Source: an uncultured Lachnospiraceae bacterium (GTDB taxonomy: Bacteria; Bacillota; Clostridia; Lachnospirales; Lachnospiraceae). Taken from it: a stretch of DNA of 64,000 nt. The stretch spans positions 77,905 to 141,904 of the forward strand of contig CAKRCW010000006.1 of assembly GCA_934309145.1 (NCBI GenBank). Direction: 5' to 3'. Under the pieces are notes generated by a model that was given only the letters and a program-made list of their open reading frames with translations, searched no databases and was not told where the DNA came from. A program made the position numbers and the translations under genes. This document shows, piece by piece, positions 15,604 to 26,688 of the stretch; the stretch's first letter is position 1; each line of letters starts with the position of its first letter.

Positions 15604-17484
15604 ATGGACAAAAAGGGTAGTTTATCAATTAATAGCGAAAACATATTTCCGATAATTAAGAAGTGGCTGTATTCAGACCACGATATTTTTATCAGAGAGC
15701 TTATATCAAATGGATGTGATGCCATAACCAAATTAAAGAAGCTTGCTCTTATGGGTGACTTTGAGGAGACAGAGGGCGAGGAGTACAAGATTGAAGTATT
15801 CGCATCTGCCAAGGATAAGACACTTACATTTGTTGATAATGGTATAGGTATGACAGCAGAGGAGGTTGATAAGTATATCAACCAGATAGCATTTTCAGGT
15901 GCTACAGATTTTATTAATACTTATAAGGACAAGACAAATGATGACCAGATAATAGGACATTTTGGACTTGGATTTTACTCAGCATTTATGGTAGCCGATA
16001 AGGTTACAATAGAGACCTGCTCATATAAGAAGGATGCCAAGCCTGTATTCTGGGAGTGCGATGGCGGTACAGATTTTGAGATGAGCGAGAGTGACGATGA
16101 CACCAGAGGAACAGCTATCACACTTTACTTAAATGAGGACAGCTTTGAGTTCGCAAATGAGTACAGAGTAAGAGAAATAATCCAGAAGTATTGTGCATTT
16201 ATGCCATATAACATCTATTTCATTGATGAAGATAAGGTGGTAGAGGAAAAGGATAAGGCTTCTGATGAAGAGAAGAAGGAGGAGGCTGAGCCACAGCCAC
16301 TTAATGATACAAATCCTCTGTGGATGAAGAATCCTAAGGATTGTACAGAGGAGGAGTATATAGACTTCTACCAGAAGGTATTCTTAGACTTTAAGAAGCC
16401 TTTGTTCTGGATACACCTTAATATGGATTATCCATTTAACTTAAAGGGAATCTTATATTTCCCTAAGATTAACACCCAGTATGATCAGTTAGAGGGAACA
16501 ATCAAGCTGTACAACAATCAGGTATTTATTGCAGATAACATCAAGGAGGTTATTCCTGAATTCCTGTTACTTCTTAAGGGTGTTATTGATTGTCCTGACC
16601 TTCCACTTAATGTATCGAGAAGTGCATTGCAGAATGATGGCTTTGTAAAGAAGATATCTGACTACATCACCAAGAAGGTTGCAGATAAGCTTACAGGAAT
16701 GTGCAAGAACAGCAAGGAAGATTACGAGAAGTATTGGGATGATATAAGTCCATTTATCAAGTTTGGATGCATAAGAGACGAGAAGTTCTGTGAGAAGATG
16801 ACAGATTATATGCTGTTTAAGGATTTGGATGGAAAGTACCTTACACTTCCTGAATATCTGGAGCAGGGCAAGGAAAAATATGAGAATAAGGTATTTTATG
16901 TCTCAGATGAGCAGGCACAGTCACAGTATATCAATATGTTCAAGGAAGAGGGCATGAATGCCGTTTACCTTACACATAACATTGATAATCCATATATTAC
17001 ACATCTTGAGGGCAAGAATGAGAATGTTAAGTTCCTTCGTATAGATGCGGACCTTGCAGATAACTTTGTAGGTGAGGCACTTACTGAGGAGCAGACAAAG
17101 GAGTACACAGATAAGCTTACTGAGATATTTAAGAAGGCTACAGGTAAGGACAAGCTTAATGTAAAGGTAGAGAATCTTAAGAATGAGAATGTCTCATCAA
17201 TGATTACCTTATCAGAGGATTCACGTCGTATGGCTGAGATGATGAAGGTATATAACATGGGAGGCATGGATCCTGCTATGTTTGGAAATGAGGGAGAGAC
17301 ATTAGTGCTTAATGCATCTAACAAGCTTGTTAAGTATGTACTTGACAATCCGGATGGAGAATATACAGATAAGATATGCTGCCAGCTTTATGATTTGGCA
17401 ATGCTTGCCAATAAGCCTCTCTCACCAGAGGAGATGACAGCCTTCGTAACAAGAAGTAACGAAATCCTTGGAATGTTAATTTAA
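15604..17484 (+). CDS. htpG: molecular chaperone HtpG (Hsp90)
   Basis: 626 aa. The GHKL N-terminus reads IFIRELISNGCDA ... DNGIGM ... IGHFGLGFYSAFMVA. AGGAGG RBS. Confidence 0.95.
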   Translation: MDKKGSLSINSENIFPIIKKWLYSDHDIFIRELISNGCDAITKLKKLALMGDFEETEGEEYKIEVFASAKDKTLTFVDNGIGMTAEEVDKYINQIAFSGATDFINTYKDKTNDDQIIGHFGLGFYSAFMVADKVTIETCSYKKDAKPVFWECDGGTDFEMSESDDDTRGTAITLYLNEDSFEFANEYRVREIIQKYCAFMPYNIYFIDEDKVVEEKDKASDEEKKEEAEPQPLNDTNPLWMKNPKDCTEEEYIDFYQKVFLDFKKPLFWIHLNMDYPFNLKGILYFPKINTQYDQLEGTIKLYNNQVFIADNIKEVIPEFLLLLKGVIDCPDLPLNVSRSALQNDGFVKKISDYITKKVADKLTGMCKNSKEDYEKYWDDISPFIKFGCIRDEKFCEKMTDYMLFKDLDGKYLTLPEYLEQGKEKYENKVFYVSDEQAQSQYINMFKEEGMNAVYLTHNIDNPYITHLEGKNENVKFLRIDADLADNFVGEALTEEQTKEYTDKLTEIFKKATGKDKLNVKVENLKNENVSSMITLSEDSRRMAEMMKVYNMGGMDPAMFGNEGETLVLNASNKLVKYVLDNPDGEYTDKICCQLYDLAMLANKPLSPEEMTAFVTRSNEILGMLI

Positions 17485-17520
17485 TTATATTTTATTATAA
17501 AATGATAAAATAATATAAAA

Positions 17521-17648
17521 ATAATAGCAGGGGTGCAACAAGAAACCCGTTTAATCACGCCAGCACTTAGCGAGCAGCATGCGAGCTTAGTACTGTTGCG
17601 TGATTAATCGAACGAGAGTGTGGTTTCGGGTTGCACCCCTGCTATTAT
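17521..17648. terminator. 128-nt extended hairpin acting as a probable bidirectional terminator
   Basis: The outer stem is a perfect 19 bp: ATAATAGCAGGGGTGCAAC (17521-17539) with GTTGCACCCCTGCTATTAT (17630-17648). An inner perfect 10-bp stem pairs TTAATCACGC with GCGTGATTAA. A/T runs flank both sides, and the element sits between convergent genes. Confidence 0.6.
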
Positions 17649-17689
17649 GTTTTTATATGAAACTATTTTTTACAACAAAATATAATTAA

Positions 17690-18148
17690 TTACTCATCCT
17701 CAGGTTCCTTCTTGAGGCGGCTGTTTACGAATTCGTAGATTGTTTCGCAGAGCTCCTTTTTCATGGTGAATGGAATTGCGTACAGGTCTTTTCCTGCTTT
17801 TATGTTAAGTACATAGAAAATCATGTTCTCATCTGCGATAACCATGGTGATGAAATCTATATCGTCAAATGAATAATCTGATTTGCCGTATCGGTGAATT
17901 ACAGATAGTCCATCCTCGCTGAAAATATATGTTATGTCAAATGCCTGCTTGCGAAATGATGCAATGACAAGATAACCACCATAGCAAAAAAGCAAGGTCG
18001 CAAAAATCATTGTCAGCATCATGTGTTTTGATAGTCCTTTAAATAAAGTAAAAAATTGCAGAATAGAAATAATAACAAAAACTGAACCTAAAAATCTATA
18101 GGAATACCTGTTAGCCTTTCTCTTTGGAACTGTGTATGTGTAACGCAT
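17690..18148 (-). CDS. hypothetical membrane protein (2 TM plus small cytoplasmic domain)
   Basis: I chose ATG 18148 (MRYTYTVPKRK...) because AGGAGG lies 8 nt upstream. The track start at 18187 has no RBS. Confidence 0.6.
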   Translation of the reverse strand: MRYTYTVPKRKANRYSYRFLGSVFVIISILQFFTLFKGLSKHMMLTMIFATLLFCYGGYLVIASFRKQAFDITYIFSEDGLSVIHRYGKSDYSFDDIDFITMVIADENMIFYVLNIKAGKDLYAIPFTMKKELCETIYEFVNSRLKKEPEDE

Positions 18149-18354
18149 ATATAAGCTTCCTCCTGATACAAACAGTGAAGTAATCACTGAGCCTGATTAA
18201 TAAAATATAGTATATCTTTAGCTGGGATTTTATACAAGGGTATAATGAAAACAACCTTAAAAAATTTTGTTTTCAAATACGATATTCCCAAAATGCCTTT
18301 GATATGCTACAATAATTAATGATTTTTTATTAGAAAAACAGGAGGCACAGATAC

Positions 18355-19563
18355 ATGGAGAAGATTCAGATGAAAACCCCTCTAGTTGAGATGGATGGGG
18401 ATGAGATGACCAGAATATTGTGGAAGATAATCAAGGATGAGCTTATTTATCCATTTATTGATTTGAAATCAGAGTATTATGATTTGGGATTGGAATATAG
18501 AAATGAGACAGATGATAAGGTTACATTTGATTCTGCATATGCAACACAGAAGTATGGTGTAGCTGTTAAGTGTGCCACAATCACACCAAATGCTGCACGT
18601 ATGACAGAGTACAATTTGAAGGAAATGTGGAAGAGCCCTAACGGAACAATTCGTGCAATACTTGACGGAACAGTATTTCGTGCACCTATCGTTGTTAAGG
18701 GAATAGAGCCATGTGTTAAGAACTGGAAGAGTCCTATAACAATAGCAAGACATGCATATGGTGATGTATATAAGGCTTCTGAGATGAAGATACCTGGAGC
18801 TGGTAAGGCTGAGCTTGTATTTACTGCTCCTGACGGAACAGAGACAAGAGAGCTTATACATGAGTTTACTTCACCTGGAGTAATTCAGGGTATGCATAAC
18901 TTAAATGGCTCTATCGAGAGCTTTGCAAGATGCTGCTTTAACTATGCATTAGATACAAAGCAGTCTATATGGTTTGCAACTAAAGATACTATTTCTAAGA
19001 AGTATGACCATACATTCAAGGATATCTTTCAGGAGATATTTGATGCAGAGTACAAGGATAAGTTTGATGCACTTGGAATAGAGTATTTCTATACACTTAT
19101 AGATGATGCTGTAGCCCGTGTTATGAAGTCAGAGGGTGGCTTTATATGGGCATGCAAGAACTATGATGGTGATGTAATGAGTGATATGCTTTCATCAGCA
19201 TTTGGCTCACTTGCAATGATGACATCAGTTCTTGTATCACCAGATGGCAAGTATGAGTATGAGGCTGCACATGGTACAGTACAGAGACATTACTATAAGC
19301 ACTTAAAGGGTGAGGAGACATCAACAAACTCTGTCGCAACAATATTTGCATGGACAGGTGCACTTAGAAAGCGTGGAGAGTTAGATGATATTCCTGAGCT
19401 TATGGAATTTGCAGATAAGCTTGAGAAGGCCACAATCAAGACTATTGAAGATGGCAAGATGACTAAGGACCTTGCGCTTATAACAACCTTGAAGGATGTA
19501 ACAGTACTTAACAGTGAGAACTTCATCAAGGCAATCCGTGAGACCTTAGAGCAGATGTTATAA
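18355..19563 (+). CDS. icd: NADP-dependent isocitrate dehydrogenase (eukaryote-like homodimeric type)
   Basis: 402 aa. [31 protein letters not shown] and GTVQRHY match the IDH1/IDH2-type subfamily. Confidence 0.9.
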   Translation: MEKIQMKTPLVEMDGDEMTRILWKIIKDELIYPFIDLKSEYYDLGLEYRNETDDKVTFDSAYATQKYGVAVKCATITPNAARMTEYNLKEMWKSPNGTIRAILDGTVFRAPIVVKGIEPCVKNWKSPITIARHAYGDVYKASEMKIPGAGKAELVFTAPDGTETRELIHEFTSPGVIQGMHNLNGSIESFARCCFNYALDTKQSIWFATKDTISKKYDHTFKDIFQEIFDAEYKDKFDALGIEYFYTLIDDAVARVMKSEGGFIWACKNYDGDVMSDMLSSAFGSLAMMTSVLVSPDGKYEYEAAHGTVQRHYYKHLKGEETSTNSVATIFAWTGALRKRGELDDIPELMEFADKLEKATIKTIEDGKMTKDLALITTLKDVTVLNSENFIKAIRETLEQML

Positions 19564-19580
19564 GCATTTAAAATACTTAA

Positions 19581-19627
19581 GGGGCAGACATTAGAGTTCA
19601 AATCTATTGTCTGCCCTTTGTTTTTTG
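19581..19627 (+). terminator. intrinsic terminator after icd
   Basis: GGGCAGACA...TGTCTGCCC forms a 9-bp GC-rich stem followed by TTTGTTTTTT. Confidence 0.75.
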
Positions 19628-19674
19628 TGTTATAATATAATTTACGCATAAGTAAGATATAGGAGGATTGCATA

Positions 19675-22600
19675 ATGGACATATGGAAGATACTCGGTAT
19701 ACCATCTACAAAGGACAAGGATGCCCTTAAAAAGGCATACAGAGAAAGACTGTCCTGTGTTAATCCTGAGGATGATGCTGAGGGCTTCATGGAGCTTAGA
19801 AAAGCCTATGAGGAGGCACTGCGTCTTGCTGATACAGAAGAAAAAACAGAAGATAATGAGGCTGACAGCGAGCTTATAAGAGCATTTAAGGAATTGTATC
19901 AGGACTTTTATAAGAGAATAGATATAAAATTCTGGGAGGAGCTGTTTAACCGTGATGAGTTTGTGTCACTTGATACAAGTGAGGATGCCGGAAATGAGCT
20001 TCTTAAGTTTTTGATGACCAATATATACCTTCCTAAGAAGGTTTGGAAATATATAGTTGATATGCTTGATATAGCAGAGCGTAAAAAGGAGCTTGTGGAG
20101 ATATTCCCTGAAGATTTTATTGACTATATACTTAATAACTCAGAGTTTGATGATATGATAAGCTATGAGCTGTTTGATGGTGATGAGAGCCAGTTTGATG
20201 AGTATATAGAGAACTATTACCGTCTGGATGTGGCTATAAGAAAAAGAGATTTTGATGCACAGGCTACATATATAGATAAATTGGAGAGCCTTGACGTATA
20301 CCATCCGTATCTGTCACTTAGCAAGATAAGAAGAGAGATACAGCTTATGAATGCGGAGCTTGAAATTAAGAACGCAAAGGAAAAAGAAAATTACACGTTA
20401 GCCGGAACATACGGAGACCGTCTGATAGAGCTTGAGGAAGAGGCTAAGCAGATTAAGGATGAATTTCCAGAGGACTTATTTGCAATAAATACATGTGGTG
20501 ACATCAAGATGCTTGAGGAGCATTTTGAGGAGGCTAAGGAATATTATGACAGGGCAGGCGAGCTTGCACCTGATAATTATATAGTAAAGGGAAAACAGGC
20601 AGAGATATTATATTATCTTAAAGAATATGAGAAGTCCAGAGATATGTATATGGAGCTGCTTAAGTTGAATCATTTTGACAATAATGTAAGAGCAGGCATG
20701 ATCAGGGCTAATCAGGGACTTATTGAGACACTTGGCAAAAAGCTTGAGGAGGAGCCTGACAATAATAAGTTAAAGCTTGAAATATCTTGGAGCTTATATC
20801 AGAGCTATAGATTTGGTGAGGCTTTAGAGCTTCTTATGAGCTTTGAACCTGATGAAGACCAGGAGTGTGAGTACTTCAACCTGAAGGGAAGAACTTTTCT
20901 TTGTGTGGAGGAGTATGAGAAGGCATTGGAGTGCTTTACCCTATGGCGCAAATATATCTTAGAGATACCTGAGGATGATACGACTAAGGAGAGCTTAGAT
21001 AAGAAAAAGAGATATGAGTATGTCAATTTTCTGATTGGAGACTGTTATCTCAAGACAAAGAGATATGATGAGGCAAGGAAGTATCTTGAAATTGCACTTC
21101 GTAAGGAGCATGATGAGATAGTGCTGTCCTATGAGGCAATGTGCGAGCTTGAATATGAGACATGTAACTATGAGGCGTGTCTTACAGCTTGCGAGACATT
21201 GCTTGTTAAGGATACAAGAAGCTATATAGGTTATAACTATATGTCTAAGGCATATTATAAGATGGATTATCTAAAAGATTCTCTTAAGTGCTGTGAGAAT
21301 GCCATAGCATTATATCCTTATGTTGCAGATCCTTATGTGCTTGAGGTAAATATATATCTTAAGGTGAATCAGGCTGACGTGGCACAGTCAGTTATAGACA
21401 GATATAGAAAATATGGAATAGACAGTGATAAAATAGATTTTGGTCAGGCGTGTATATATGAGAGTCAGGGAAAACGTGAGAAAATAATTAAGCTGCTTTC
21501 CGCTACAATCAAACGCTCTGATGCAAAGAGCACAGATATGGATAATTTCTATGAGCTGCATATGATGCTTGGCTTCCATATGGATAAGTCCGGTGATAAG
21601 GAGGGAGCTAAGAAGCTGTATGAGAGCGTTATAGAGAGCTGCCCTGACCATCATGATGCGTATGGTATGCTGGCAAGAATGGTCCGTGATGAAGGGGATT
21701 ATAAGAGAGCCTTAGAGCTTTATGACAAGCAGCTTAGTATTAAGCCCGGTGCATTTTATTATATTCAGAGGGGCTTATTGCATAAATATCTGATGAATTA
21801 TAAGAGTGCACTGTCAGATTTTAAGATGGCACTTGACTATGAACCGGACAATGTATTTTGCTATATGAAGTTAGGTGAGATATATGAGCTCCATGGAGAG
21901 TTTGATGATGCACTTGAGAATTATAGCAAGGGAATTATGTACTGTGACAATTCGGAGGATGATGAGCAGCTAAAGACACTTATTTTATCAAAGGCAAGAA
22001 TATTACAGTGTGTACTTAAATTTGATGAGAGTAAGGCGTCATATGATGAGTACATAGAAAAATATGGCTTTAATGCGGATATGGCATATGATTATTCTGA
22101 GCTTTTGTTCAGAATGAATAAGCCTGACTGTGCATTTAACTTTTTGCTTAAAGCGGTAAATGAGCTTACATATGATGAAGATGTGCAGGCCTGTATAAGA
22201 CATTTATGCTATCTGTATGGCTGTGAGGGATATATAGATAAGGCAAATGAGACAATGATGCTTGCAATCAGCCATGATGACAAGGACAAAAGAGCTTACG
22301 CAGTTATGGGTGAGGTATTTTTCAATCACGGACTGCTTGACGATGCGAGAAGTATGTATACGAAGGCAGTTAACCTTGACACAGATAATAGCCGCAATTA
22401 TTATAGTGAATTGATAGAGGTTATACTTGCTAAAAAGAGTTTATTTAAGCCTGATGTCAGGGAGCTTGTTAAAAAGGCAATTATTCCGCCTGACAAGATG
22501 CGGCTTCCGGATGATTATGTTAAGATGGCAAGGCTAAACCGTGTCTTGAAAAAATATACAGAAGCGATTAAAATTATCGATAAGGCAATAAAGATGAAAC

Positions 22601-22773
22601 GCTGCAGAGGCTGCTTTTACGGTAAATGCCATGAGGCATTATATGAGAAGGGGCTTATATACGAGGCGATGAAGCAATATAAGAAAGCACATTATTGCTA
22701 TAAACAGGCACTCCATATATGTGGACATAATCCACTTTATGAAGAAAGTATAAAAAGGGTAGAAGATAAATGA
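19675..22773 (+). CDS. J-like domain / TPR-repeat giant protein
   Basis: 1032 aa. The N-terminal ~55 aa ([47 protein letters not shown]) has the J-domain helix II/III pattern but reads NPE where HPD is expected. The rest is TPR-like repeats. AGGAGG RBS, and an extended -10 TGTTATAAT at 19628-19636. Confidence 0.75.
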   Translation: MDIWKILGIPSTKDKDALKKAYRERLSCVNPEDDAEGFMELRKAYEEALRLADTEEKTEDNEADSELIRAFKELYQDFYKRIDIKFWEELFNRDEFVSLDTSEDAGNELLKFLMTNIYLPKKVWKYIVDMLDIAERKKELVEIFPEDFIDYILNNSEFDDMISYELFDGDESQFDEYIENYYRLDVAIRKRDFDAQATYIDKLESLDVYHPYLSLSKIRREIQLMNAELEIKNAKEKENYTLAGTYGDRLIELEEEAKQIKDEFPEDLFAINTCGDIKMLEEHFEEAKEYYDRAGELAPDNYIVKGKQAEILYYLKEYEKSRDMYMELLKLNHFDNNVRAGMIRANQGLIETLGKKLEEEPDNNKLKLEISWSLYQSYRFGEALELLMSFEPDEDQECEYFNLKGRTFLCVEEYEKALECFTLWRKYILEIPEDDTTKESLDKKKRYEYVNFLIGDCYLKTKRYDEARKYLEIALRKEHDEIVLSYEAMCELEYETCNYEACLTACETLLVKDTRSYIGYNYMSKAYYKMDYLKDSLKCCENAIALYPYVADPYVLEVNIYLKVNQADVAQSVIDRYRKYGIDSDKIDFGQACIYESQGKREKIIKLLSATIKRSDAKSTDMDNFYELHMMLGFHMDKSGDKEGAKKLYESVIESCPDHHDAYGMLARMVRDEGDYKRALELYDKQLSIKPGAFYYIQRGLLHKYLMNYKSALSDFKMALDYEPDNVFCYMKLGEIYELHGEFDDALENYSKGIMYCDNSEDDEQLKTLILSKARILQCVLKFDESKASYDEYIEKYGFNADMAYDYSELLFRMNKPDCAFNFLLKAVNELTYDEDVQACIRHLCYLYGCEGYIDKANETMMLAISHDDKDKRAYAVMGEVFFNHGLLDDARSMYTKAVNLDTDNSRNYYSELIEVILAKKSLFKPDVRELVKKAIIPPDKMRLPDDYVKMARLNRVLKKYTEAIKIIDKAIKMKRCRGCFYGKCHEALYEKGLIYEAMKQYKKAHYCYKQALHICGHNPLYEESIKRVEDK

Positions 22774-24464
22774 TAGTAGGAATTGATTTAGGTACAACAA
22801 ACAGTTTAATTGCATATATGTCTGAGGACGGAGTAAAGGTTATACCTAATAAGCTTGGTGATAATCTCACACCGTCAGTTGTAAGTGTTGATGATGATGG
22901 AATAGTTTATGTTGGTAAGACAGCCAGAGAGAGAAAGCAGCTTTTTCCGTTGCAGACGGCAGAGGTATTTAAGAGAAGCATGGGTACGGGCAGGAAATTC
23001 ACACTTGGCGAGCGCACATTTACTGCTGAGGAATTATCAAGTCTTGTCCTTAAGTCCTTGAAGGAGGATGCTGAGGCATACTTAAATGAGGAGATTAAGG
23101 AAGCTGTTATAAGTGTTCCTGCTTATTTTAATGATGCACAGAGAAAGGCTACAAAGAAGGCTGGGGAGCTTGCCGGATTTGTGGTTGAGCGTATTGTGAG
23201 TGAGCCTACGGCAGCAGCTATAGCTTATGGGCTTAACAAGAAGAATGCAGATACCAAATTCCTCGTGTTTGACCTCGGTGGAGGTACATTTGATGTATCT
23301 ATACTTGAGCTGTATCAGAATATTATGGAGGTTCGTGCTGTCGCTGGAGACAATTTCCTTGGCGGTGAGGATTTTACAGAGATTATTGAGCAGATGTTTT
23401 TCCGCGAGAAGGATATAGATCAGGATGCACTTGACATTAAGACAAAGACGCACATAAGGAGACAGGCAGAGCTGTGTAAGCTTGGATTTGCTGATGGACG
23501 TTCTTCTGTGATGAAATGCAAGATAGGTGACGAGACATACGAATACGAGATAAGCATAGATGACTATGAGAAGTCATGTCAGCTGCTATTAAATAAGATA
23601 AAGAAGCCTATAGAGAGAAGCCTTAAGGATGCAAACATTAAGCTTGCCGATATAGAGGAGGTTATTCTTGTAGGCGGTGCAACTAAGTTATCTATAGTGA
23701 GAAGATTTGTGAGCAGGCTGTTTGGAAGGCTTCCTAACGTCGGCATTAATCCGGATGAGGTTGTTGCAGTCGGAGCAGCTACTCAGGCGGCTATGAAGGA
23801 GAGAAACGAGGCAGTAAAGGAGATGATACTCACAGATGTCTGCCCATTTACACTTGGAACAGAGGTCGTTGTAAGCAGAACTGCCGGATATAAGGAGGGA
23901 GGACACTATCTCCCTATCATAGAGAGAAATTCAGTCATTCCGGTTAGCAAGACGGAGAGACTTTACACAGCCTCAGATAACCAGTCTGTTATCAAGGTAC
24001 AGATTCTTCAGGGAGAGAGCAGATATGCAAGAAACAATGTATATCTTGGAGATATAGAGGTTCCTGTTCCTATTGGTCCGGCAGGAAAAGAGGCGGTTGA
24101 TGTAACATACACATATGACGTTAATTCCATACTTGAGGTTATGGTAAAGGTTGTATCTACGAAGGTTTCCAAGAGAATTGTAATTAAGAACGAGGAGACT
24201 GATATGACGGATGAGGAGATAGATGCAAGGCTTGAGTCCCTTGCAAGTCTTAAGATTCATCCTAGGGAGCAGGAAAAGAACAAGCTTTTATTACTTCGGG
24301 GAGACAGAATGTACGAGGAGGCGACTGGAGATACCAGAAATCTTATAGAGCGTAACATGTCGATATTTGAGGAGGTCCTTGACAAACAGGACAAAGACGA
24401 GATAGAGCGTGTGAGACAGGAGCTTAAGGATTTTCTCGACAGCATAGAGGAGGATATCTTTTAA
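22770..24464 (+). CDS. Hsp70-family chaperone, short HscC-like type
   Basis: 564 aa. [19 protein letters not shown] and ILVGGATK are actin-fold ATPase motifs, and the C-terminal lid is short. The start overlaps the upstream stop (ATGA at 22770-22773). Confidence 0.85.
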   Translation: MIVGIDLGTTNSLIAYMSEDGVKVIPNKLGDNLTPSVVSVDDDGIVYVGKTARERKQLFPLQTAEVFKRSMGTGRKFTLGERTFTAEELSSLVLKSLKEDAEAYLNEEIKEAVISVPAYFNDAQRKATKKAGELAGFVVERIVSEPTAAAIAYGLNKKNADTKFLVFDLGGGTFDVSILELYQNIMEVRAVAGDNFLGGEDFTEIIEQMFFREKDIDQDALDIKTKTHIRRQAELCKLGFADGRSSVMKCKIGDETYEYEISIDDYEKSCQLLLNKIKKPIERSLKDANIKLADIEEVILVGGATKLSIVRRFVSRLFGRLPNVGINPDEVVAVGAATQAAMKERNEAVKEMILTDVCPFTLGTEVVVSRTAGYKEGGHYLPIIERNSVIPVSKTERLYTASDNQSVIKVQILQGESRYARNNVYLGDIEVPVPIGPAGKEAVDVTYTYDVNSILEVMVKVVSTKVSKRIVIKNEETDMTDEEIDARLESLASLKIHPREQEKNKLLLLRGDRMYEEATGDTRNLIERNMSIFEEVLDKQDKDEIERVRQELKDFLDSIEEDIF

Positions 24465-24476
24465 GGAGGAATAAGT

Positions 24477-24872
24477 ATGTTATTTGAAGATCAGACAATA
24501 AACATTTATGATGACGCTGTAGTTGGTATACCACAGATGATGAGGACAAACATTCAGGAGAAGGACGGAAACTATCTTCTTGAGATTGAGCTTCCGGGCT
24601 TTAGCCATGAGGATGTTCAGGCAGAGTTAGTTGATGGCAAGCTTACCATCATAGCTAATAAGCCGGAGCAGCTTGAGGAGGATGAGAAAAAAATTCATTT
24701 TATAAGACGGGAGAGGCTTATAGGAGGATGTAAGAGAAGCTTCTATGTCGGAAATGATATTAAGCAGGAGGATATAACAGCCGCATTTAAGGATGGTGTG
24801 CTTAGTATAATAATTGTTAATCCTAAGAAAGCAGTTTCCAGAGAGGAAAGAAAGCTTATACCTATAAAATAG
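24477..24872 (+). CDS. Hsp20/alpha-crystallin family small heat-shock protein
   Basis: 131 aa. LEIELPGFSHEDVQAELVDGKLTI ... FKDGVLSI is the alpha-crystallin domain pattern. AGGAGG RBS, 12 nt after the Hsp70 stop. Confidence 0.85.
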   Translation: MLFEDQTINIYDDAVVGIPQMMRTNIQEKDGNYLLEIELPGFSHEDVQAELVDGKLTIIANKPEQLEEDEKKIHFIRRERLIGGCKRSFYVGNDIKQEDITAAFKDGVLSIIIVNPKKAVSREERKLIPIK

Positions 24873-24887
24873 TTCTTGGAGGACAAT

Positions 24888-26675
24888 ATGGCATTAGATG
24901 GAGTGGCTATATCAGGAATAGTCAGCGAGTTAAAGGCGAAACTGATAGGCGGACGTATATATAAGATATATCAGCCGGAGACGGATGAGATATGTCTGGT
25001 TATAAAAAACAAGAACAGCAATGGTGGCGTGACCGAGAGGCTGACCATCTCTGCTGATGCCAGCCTTCCACTTATTTTTGTAACTGAGAAAAATAAGGAA
25101 AACCCGGCACTTGCACCGGGTTTTTGTATGCTCCTTAGAAAGCATATAGGAAATGGCAGAATTATAGATATTACACAGCCCGATTTCGAGAGAATAGTTG
25201 AGTTTACTATAGAGCATCTCGATGAAATGGGAGATTTGTGTACAAAAAAGTTAATAGTCGAGCTTATGGGTAAGCATAGTAACATAATCTTTGCAAGTGA
25301 GGATAATGTTATAATTGACAGCATAAAGCATATATCACATCAGGTAAGCTCAGTGAGGGAGGTACTTCCCGGACGTGAATATGTTTATCCGCCTTCGCAT
25401 GATAAGAGGAATCCTTTGGAGGTGGATATAAATTATTTCACTAATCATGTACTTGCCAAGCCGCTTACTGTGTCAAAGGCGATATACACATCTATTACCG
25501 GAATATCTCCGGTACTTGCAAATGAGGTCTCGTACAGGGCAGGAGTTGACGGTGGTGCAAGCACATCTGCACTTACCATGGAACAGAGTGACAGATTGTA
25601 TGGAGAATTTGCAAAGCTGTGTGACTGCATAAGAAATGAAAGCTTTACCCCCTGCATAGCATATGAGGGATATACACCTAAGGAATTTTCTTCTGTGCTG
25701 CTTACGATGTATGGAGCTGTCAAGGATGAGGAGATGCCATCGGAACATATATCCGGTCTTAAGGTGTTTTCCTTTATGTCGGAGGTCATAGAGGAGTATT
25801 ATAGTGGGAAGAGTATAACCACAAGAATGAAGCAGAGGTCATCAGATTTAAGAAAGATAGTTTCAAATGCTATCGAGAGAACTGCCAAAAAATATGACCT
25901 GCAGCTTGCTCAGCTTAAGGATACTGAGAAGAGGGATAAGTACCGTGTTTACGGTGAGCTTATAACAGCATATGGCTACAGTGCAAAGCCGGGAGACAAG
26001 GTACTTGTATGTGAGAACTATTATGATGGAAAAGAGATAAGCATACCGCTTAATCCTGATATCTCAGTTATGGATAATGGTAAGAAATATTTTGCAAAAT
26101 ACAATAAGCTAAAGAGAACCTACGAGGCACTCACTGAGCAGACAGAGGCATCTAAGGAGGAGCTTGACTATCTTTTATCGGTACAGACCTCACTTGAATT
26201 TGCAAAGGCACTAAGCGACCTTGCACAGATTAAGGAAGAACTTATTGCCAGCGGTTATATAAGAAAGAAATCTGAGAAGGGCAAGAATAAAAAGCAGGAT
26301 AAAAGTAAGCCGCTTCACTATATATCCTCTGACGGATACCATATATATGTCGGTAAAAATAATTATCAGAATGATGAGCTTAGCTTTAAGCTTGCAACTG
26401 GAAATGATATGTGGTTTCATGCTAAACAGATGCCGGGTTCTCATGTCATAGTTAAGACAGAGGGAGACACTGAGATACCTGACAGAACATATGAGGAGGC
26501 TGCAAGGCTTGCTGCATATTATTCGTCTGGCAATCAGGCTCCTAAGGTTGACGTTGACTATACAATGAAGAAAAACTTAAAGAAACCACCTAAGGCAAAG
26601 CCGGGGTTTGTAATTTACCATACTAATTATTCTATGGCAATCAAACCAGATATACATGGTATCAAGGAGCTTTAG
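24888..26675 (+). CDS. rqcH: NFACT-family ribosome quality control protein RqcH (FbpA/YloA-like)
   Basis: The N-terminus (ALDGVAISGIVSELKAKLIGGRIYKIYQP) and the C-terminal NFACT-R region (MWFHAKQMPGSHVIV) fit. I prefer ATG 24888 over TTG 24876 because of the GGAGGA spacing. The position matches B. subtilis yloA. Confidence 0.85.
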   Translation: MALDGVAISGIVSELKAKLIGGRIYKIYQPETDEICLVIKNKNSNGGVTERLTISADASLPLIFVTEKNKENPALAPGFCMLLRKHIGNGRIIDITQPDFERIVEFTIEHLDEMGDLCTKKLIVELMGKHSNIIFASEDNVIIDSIKHISHQVSSVREVLPGREYVYPPSHDKRNPLEVDINYFTNHVLAKPLTVSKAIYTSITGISPVLANEVSYRAGVDGGASTSALTMEQSDRLYGEFAKLCDCIRNESFTPCIAYEGYTPKEFSSVLLTMYGAVKDEEMPSEHISGLKVFSFMSEVIEEYYSGKSITTRMKQRSSDLRKIVSNAIERTAKKYDLQLAQLKDTEKRDKYRVYGELITAYGYSAKPGDKVLVCENYYDGKEISIPLNPDISVMDNGKKYFAKYNKLKRTYEALTEQTEASKEELDYLLSVQTSLEFAKALSDLAQIKEELIASGYIRKKSEKGKNKKQDKSKPLHYISSDGYHIYVGKNNYQNDELSFKLATGNDMWFHAKQMPGSHVIVKTEGDTEIPDRTYEEAARLAAYYSSGNQAPKVDVDYTMKKNLKKPPKAKPGFVIYHTNYSMAIKPDIHGIKEL

Positions 26676-26688
26676 TATATTACAGGTT

